A model generated the notes under the pieces. The model saw only the letters and a program-made list of their open reading frames with translations. It did no database searches and was not told the origin of the DNA. Of a stretch of 32,000 bases of DNA, positions 27,417 to 32,000 are shown one piece after another (position 1 is the first letter of the stretch; the number at the start of each line of letters is the position of its first letter). A program made the position numbers and the translations under genes. The DNA lies in assembly GCF_900289195.1 (NCBI RefSeq), contig NZ_OMOH01000007.1, positions 77,471-109,470 on the forward strand. Reading direction: 5' to 3'. The DNA comes from Propionibacterium ruminifibrarum (GTDB lineage Bacteria; Actinomycetota; Actinomycetes; Propionibacteriales; Propionibacteriaceae).

Positions 27417-28115
27417 ATGCTGATCCTCATCGATGATGCGAACCTCGAGGACGTGGCCGCGATCTGGTCCACACTCCCCGTGGACGGGGTCACCACCAAC
27501 CCCACGATCCTGGCCCGCCAACACCGGGACCCGCTGCGGACACTGCGTGAGCTGCGCGAGCTGCTGGGCGCCGGCCCGCAGCTGCACGCCCAGGTGGTGG
27601 GCACCGAGCCCGACGTCATGGTCAACGAGGCCCTGGCGTTGCGCGGAGAACTGGGCGAGGACCTCTTCGTGAAGATCCCGGTGACCGAGGCAGGCTATGT
27701 CGCCATGCGGCGTCTGAGTGCTCAGGGAGTGAACGTCACGGCCACCGCGATCCACGCACCCATGCAAGCCTTCCTCGCCGCCAAGGCCGGTGCGCGTTAT
27801 GTGGCCCCCTACATCAACCGGCTCGACAACCTGGGCGCGGACGGGGTGCGGGTTGCGGCCGAGATCCAGACGCTCCTCGACGTTCACCGCATGGACACGC
27901 AGCTGCTTGCCGCCTCGTTCAAGAACTCCCAGCAGATCACCGAACTCGCGAAGCTCGGTGCCGGTGCCGTCACGGCGGCGCCGGCGGTGCTGAGAAATCT
28001 GTTCCGCAACGCCACCACCGATGCGGCCGTGGCCGAACAACGCGCAGACTTGGAATCCGTCATCGGCGCGGGGCACACATTCGCCGATCTCGTCGGCTCG
28101 GAGGAGACATCATGA
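27417..28115 (+). CDS. fsa: fructose-6-phosphate aldolase-type class I aldolase (transaldolase subfamily 5)
   Basis: 232 aa, colinear with E. coli FsaA as I recall it (VDGVTTNPTI, LHAQVVG, FVKIPVT, YVAPYINRLDN, LAASFKN). The Schiff-base residue is Lys86. Gln59, Thr110 and Tyr132 occupy the FSA-specific positions. Confidence 0.85.
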   Translation: MLILIDDANLEDVAAIWSTLPVDGVTTNPTILARQHRDPLRTLRELRELLGAGPQLHAQVVGTEPDVMVNEALALRGELGEDLFVKIPVTEAGYVAMRRLSAQGVNVTATAIHAPMQAFLAAKAGARYVAPYINRLDNLGADGVRVAAEIQTLLDVHRMDTQLLAASFKNSQQITELAKLGAGAVTAAPAVLRNLFRNATTDAAVAEQRADLESVIGAGHTFADLVGSEETS

Positions 28116-30487
28116 CGACAACCATTTCCCATCGACCCAGCATCATGAACATCGAGCAGTCGCCACGCATCGGCGCGCTGCGCACCGCCATGCTCGACGA
28201 GCCACGCGTGGTCTCGATCGAGCAGGCCCGCATCACCACCAGGGTCTACCGGGACAACCCCGACGAACCGGTCATCGTCAAAAAGGCCCTGGCCCTGGCG
28301 GCGGCACTGCGGGAGATGGAGATCACCATCCGGCCCGGGGAACTGCTCGTGGGCAACCGCACCCCCACGGCCAGGGCCGGCGTGGTCTCTCCCGAGGCCG
28401 GGGCCTCCTGGGTGGACCGGGAGATCGAGACCCTGCCCACCCGGCCCCAGGATCGCTTCGACGTGGACCAGGGGACCATTGACGAGTTCCGCGAGCACAT
28501 CTACCCGTTCTGGACCGGTGTCTCGTTGGAGGACGTCATCGCCGAGCGGCACGGTCCCCGGATCAAGGAGATCTCGAAAGTCGTCAAGATCAACCAGACC
28601 GATCACGCCCAGGGGCACATCTGTCCCGACGTGGACCTGTGGCTGCGGATGGGGCCGGCCGGGCTCGGCGCCCAGGCGGAACGGCTGGGAGAAGACGCCA
28701 GCGGCGAGCAGAGGGACTTCTACCGTGCCGTCGGTATCGTCATGTCCGGCGCCTGCGACTTCCTGCAGCGCTACGCCGCCCTCGCCAGGGCACAGGCCGC
28801 CGAGTCCCCGGACCGGCGGGCGCGCGAGCTGACCGAGGTGGCCCGGGTCTGCCAGGGGCTCGCGAGCCGGCCCGCCGAGGGATTCCACGAGGCCCTCCAG
28901 AGCGTCTGGATGCTCTTCGTCATCCTGCACATGGAGTCCAACGCCTCGTCCTTCTCACCCGGCCGCCTGGACGTCATCCTGCAGCCCTACCTGGAGGACA
29001 GCCGCGGGAACGGACTGAGCGACGAGGCCGCACTCGAGCTCGTGGAGTGCCTGTGGCTGAAGTTCAACGAGATCGTGTACATGCGCAACGCCTCCAGCGC
29101 GAAGTACTTCGCCGGCTTCCCGATCGGTTTCAACATCTGCGTCGGCGGGCAGGACGTGAACGGCGAGGACGTGGTGAACGACGTCTCCTATCTGTTCCTC
29201 GCCGCTCAGTCCCACCTGGGCATGCCCCAGCCCAATCTGTCGGTGCGTCTGCACGAGGGGACCAGCGAGGAACTGCTCACCGAGGCCGTGCGAGTGGTCG
29301 CCAAGGGCTCGGGCATGCCGCAGTTCTTCAACGACAAGTCGGTCGTACCGGCTCTGAAGGCCGTCGGGATCGCGGAACACGACGCCCGCAACTACGCCGT
29401 GGTGGGCTGCGTCGAACTGACCACTCAGGGCAACAACCTGGGCTGGAGCGACGCGGCGATGTTCAACCTCGACAAGGCCCTGGAACTGACCCTCACCGGT
29501 GGCGTTGACCTGCTGACGGGGGAGCGGATCGGCCCGGACCTCGGCTCGCTGGAGAGCTACGCCTCCTACGAGGAACTGGAGGCTTCCTTCGCGAAGATGA
29601 TCGACCACTACGTCGATGCCATGATCGCTGCCTGCGAGCAGGTCGAGCGGGCCCACATGGACGTTCTGCCCACCGCATTCCTGTCGGCCGTCATTGACGA
29701 CTGCCTGAGTACCGGGCGTGATGTCACCGCCGGGGGAGCCGTGTACAACCTGTCCGGCATCCAGATGATCCAGGTCGCCTCGCTCGCCGACTCGCTGGCG
29801 GCCCTGAAGAAACTCGTCTTCGAGGAACGGCGGATCAGCCCCCAGACGATGATGGCCGCGTTGAAGGCGGACTTCCAGGGCTACGAGGTCGAGCAGGCCC
29901 TCATGCTCAACAAGGCACCCAAGTACGGCAATGACATCGCGTACGTGGACGAGCTCGGCGCGAAGTGGGCGGACTACTTCGCCGAGAAGTTGCGCTCCTA
30001 CACCAACGCGCGGGGCGGGCGCTACCACACCGGCATGTACACCGTGTCCGCGCACGTCCCCATGGGCCAGAACGTCGGCGCATCCCCGGACGGGCGCAGG
30101 GCCGGTACGCCGCTGGCCGATGGTGGCCTGTCCCCGGTGTACGGGCGCGACATGGCAGGGCCGACCGCTGTGCTCAAGTCGGTGTCGGCGATGGACAACA
30201 CGTGGACGTCCAACGGGGGCCTGCTCAACCTGAAGTTCCTCCCAGAGTTCTTCGACTCGGAGACGAACATCGCGAAGTTCGTCTCGTTCCTGAGGGCCTT
30301 CGTCGATCTGGAGATCCCTCACGTCCAGTTCAACGTGGTGCGTGCCGAGGACCTCATCGCGGCGAAAGCCCACCCCGACCAGTACCGCAGCCTGACGGTC
30401 CGGGTCGCCGGGTACACGGCCTACTTCGTGGAACTCGCCGGTGACCTGCAGGACGAGATCATCGCTCGCACCACCCAGGAACTGTAA
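28112..30487 (+). CDS. glycyl radical enzyme, PflD/YbiW-like (1,2-eliminase/dehydratase type)
   Basis: 791 aa. The ATG overlaps the aldolase stop (ATGA). The Cys loop is VVGCVELT (Cys433 at 29408-29410, Glu435). The glycyl radical motif is LTVRVAGYTAYF (Gly767 at 30410-30412). KAPKYGNDIAYVD and SPDGRRAGTPLADGGLSP are GRE hallmarks. Confidence 0.9.
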   Translation: MTTTISHRPSIMNIEQSPRIGALRTAMLDEPRVVSIEQARITTRVYRDNPDEPVIVKKALALAAALREMEITIRPGELLVGNRTPTARAGVVSPEAGASWVDREIETLPTRPQDRFDVDQGTIDEFREHIYPFWTGVSLEDVIAERHGPRIKEISKVVKINQTDHAQGHICPDVDLWLRMGPAGLGAQAERLGEDASGEQRDFYRAVGIVMSGACDFLQRYAALARAQAAESPDRRARELTEVARVCQGLASRPAEGFHEALQSVWMLFVILHMESNASSFSPGRLDVILQPYLEDSRGNGLSDEAALELVECLWLKFNEIVYMRNASSAKYFAGFPIGFNICVGGQDVNGEDVVNDVSYLFLAAQSHLGMPQPNLSVRLHEGTSEELLTEAVRVVAKGSGMPQFFNDKSVVPALKAVGIAEHDARNYAVVGCVELTTQGNNLGWSDAAMFNLDKALELTLTGGVDLLTGERIGPDLGSLESYASYEELEASFAKMIDHYVDAMIAACEQVERAHMDVLPTAFLSAVIDDCLSTGRDVTAGGAVYNLSGIQMIQVASLADSLAALKKLVFEERRISPQTMMAALKADFQGYEVEQALMLNKAPKYGNDIAYVDELGAKWADYFAEKLRSYTNARGGRYHTGMYTVSAHVPMGQNVGASPDGRRAGTPLADGGLSPVYGRDMAGPTAVLKSVSAMDNTWTSNGGLLNLKFLPEFFDSETNIAKFVSFLRAFVDLEIPHVQFNVVRAEDLIAAKAHPDQYRSLTVRVAGYTAYFVELAGDLQDEIIARTTQEL

Positions 30488-31453
30488 ATGAATGGTTCCG
30501 CCTCCGCCGGCGCGCAGCGGGCCCGTGACGGCTTGCTGCGCGCCAACGTGGTGGACATCCGCCGTTTCTCCACCCACGACGGCAGGGGCATCCGCACCAC
30601 GGTGTTCATCAAGGGCTGTTCGCTGGCCTGCGGCTGGTGCCAGAATCCCGAGACGATCAGGCCCCGTCTGGGCCCGGTCTTCTTCGCCAAGAAGTGCATC
30701 GACTGCGGCCTGTGCCTGCCGCTGTCCCGCAACGGGGAGATGACACGCGGACCGGACGGCATGGTCGCGCACCTCGAGGTCGAGGGCGAGTGGGAGGAAC
30801 TCGCCGCCGTCTGTCCCACCGGCGCGATCGCCCTCAACGGCAGGTCCTACACCGTCGATGAACTGGTGGACGTCGTGATGGCCGACCGGGCCTTCTTCGG
30901 CCACGGCGGGGGAGTGACCCTCTCGGGCGGTGAACCGCTCCTCGTGCCGCACTTCGCGGCAGCCGTCTTCGCCCGGCTGCGCGACAGGGGCATCCACACC
31001 GCCGTCGAGACGGCACTGAACGTCCGCACCGAGTTCGTGCTGGAAGCGGCGCCCCTCGTCGACCAGTTCTTCGCCGATCTCAAGATCATCGACCCGGAGG
31101 ACCACCGCCGTTGGACCGGCCACACCAACGAGCGGATCCTGGACAACCTGCGGGTGCTGCTCACCTCGCCGTGGCGCGACCGGGTGATCGTGCGGACCCC
31201 GCTCATCCCGGGCGTCACGGCCACCGACGAGAACATCGCCGGCATCGCCGGTTTCATCACGGACCTGTACCCCGATGTCCACTACGAGCTCCTCAACTAC
31301 AACCCGCTCGCCATCGCGAAGTACGAACTGGTGACGGGCCACTCCTTCCTGTTCACGGAGCAGACGAACCCGAAGCGCTACACGGCGCAGCAGATGGAGC
31401 ACTTCCGCCGGATCGCCGCCGACGCCGGCGTGAGGAACCTGGTGGAGGATTGA
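30488..31453 (+). CDS. glycyl-radical enzyme activating protein (radical SAM)
   Basis: 321 aa. The ATG directly abuts the GRE TAA stop. The radical SAM motif is CSLACGWC (CX3CX2C, 30617-30640). A ferredoxin-like insert CIDCGLC...VCPTGA and GGGVTLSGGEP (SAM-binding) are present. Confidence 0.9.
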   Translation: MNGSASAGAQRARDGLLRANVVDIRRFSTHDGRGIRTTVFIKGCSLACGWCQNPETIRPRLGPVFFAKKCIDCGLCLPLSRNGEMTRGPDGMVAHLEVEGEWEELAAVCPTGAIALNGRSYTVDELVDVVMADRAFFGHGGGVTLSGGEPLLVPHFAAAVFARLRDRGIHTAVETALNVRTEFVLEAAPLVDQFFADLKIIDPEDHRRWTGHTNERILDNLRVLLTSPWRDRVIVRTPLIPGVTATDENIAGIAGFITDLYPDVHYELLNYNPLAIAKYELVTGHSFLFTEQTNPKRYTAQQMEHFRRIAADAGVRNLVED

Positions 31454-31541
31454 GATGGTGCACTGCTCCAAGGATTTCCGCTTCTGAGCCATCGATGCCG
31501 CCCGGGCCGATAGCATGAGCGCAGGTTCGGGAGGGAGCACG

Positions 31542-32000
31542 ATGAGCGTCGACCGTGGTGAGAGGGAGAAACGCATCCTGGCGCTGCTGGGCCGTGACGG
31601 GTCCTTGTCCGTGAAGGCACTCTCCCATGACCTCGGGGTCTCGGAGGTCACGGTGCGATCCCAGCTGAGCGAGATGGAGGAACGCGGCCTGCTCACCCGC
31701 ACCCACGGCGGCGCCCAGGCCAACACCATGCGGTCCGTCCTCGAACGTGCGCACCAGCACCCGCAGGCCAAGGAACGGATCGCCCGCGCCGCCGCGTCGC
31801 TGGTCCACGACGACGACCGGATCATGATCGAGGCCGGTACCACGACCGCCCAGGTCGTGCGTTTTCTCACGGCGGTCCATGGCGTGCAGATCGTCACCAA
31901 CTCGCTGCTCGTGCTCACCTACGCCCGGCAGGTTCCCGGACTGTCAATCACCCTCACCGGCGGTGAATTCGACACCGAGTCGGAGTCGATGGTGGGCCCG
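31542..32000 (+). CDS. DeoR/GlpR family transcriptional regulator (3-prime end beyond the window)
   Basis: Not in the track because it is open-ended; I translated it by hand. It reads MSVDRGEREKRILALLGRDGSLSVKALSHDLGVSEVTVRSQLSEMEERGLLTRTHGGA (DeoR wHTH), then IMIEAGTTT...IVTNS (sugar-phosphate sensor domain). GGGAGGGAG lies upstream. In-frame ATG 31515 is an alternative start. Confidence 0.85.
   Translation, partial: MSVDRGEREKRILALLGRDGSLSVKALSHDLGVSEVTVRSQLSEMEERGLLTRTHGGAQANTMRSVLERAHQHPQAKERIARAAASLVHDDDRIMIEAGTTTAQVVRFLTAVHGVQIVTNSLLVLTYARQVPGLSITLTGGEFDTESESMVGP

Noticed and set aside
28955-31918. 987-aa minus-strand ORF, the longest in the track
   Set aside because: It is entirely antisense to the well-supported GRE, activase and DeoR genes. 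The product is Arg/Gly/Val/Asp-rich low complexity with no recognisable motif. This is a typical stop-poor antisense frame of GC-rich coding DNA.
1-32000. Search for tRNA, rRNA, CRISPR arrays, IS elements, integrases and long terminal inverted repeats
   Set aside because: By eye I found no T-loop-like GGTTCGAATCC-type strings in intergenic regions, no regularly spaced repeats, and no transposase or integrase-like ORFs. The accessory region therefore cannot be called a mobile element from this window alone.

Overview
High-GC (spot counts about 70%+) actinobacterial chromosome; the gene order suggests a Propionibacteriales-like organism, but I cannot assign a taxon. Positions 1-23.8 kb are conserved housekeeping genes, with synteny I recognise from Mycobacterium tuberculosis (Rv3256c-3258c-like and Rv1330c-1341-like blocks). 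In order: DUF3499, a eukaryotic-type PMM-like HAD-IIB protein, Trm112 and an SIS-like protein; a CDF transporter; DUF3039; an MFS transporter; a DUF2510/RDD membrane protein; malQ; a menaquinone block (menC-menD, menF, menE-menB); pncB; clpS plus DUF2017; murI; rph-rdgB; thyA-folA; dinB. From the dinB 3-prime end to the window edge the content looks accessory. It holds a MenT/AbiEii-type nucleotidyltransferase toxin with a small translationally coupled partner. This cassette is bracketed by decayed copies of the toxin 3-prime end and of the dinB 3-prime end. An 80-bp stretch at 39% GC follows and contains a promoter/operator candidate. Next is a compact co-directional cluster: fructose-family PTS EIIB-IIC-IIA, an FSA-type fructose-6-phosphate aldolase, a 791-aa glycyl radical enzyme with a Cys-x-Glu eliminase-type loop, its radical-SAM activase, and a DeoR regulator cut by the window end. 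This cluster is the most interesting item. It has the gene content of the cryptic E. coli pflD/ybiW-fsa-frw loci and predicts an anaerobic, radical-dependent cleavage pathway for a PTS-delivered sugar phosphate. I found no tRNA, rRNA, CRISPR array, transposase or integrase. Many long ORFs in the track are antisense or out-of-frame artefacts of stop-poor GC-rich DNA.
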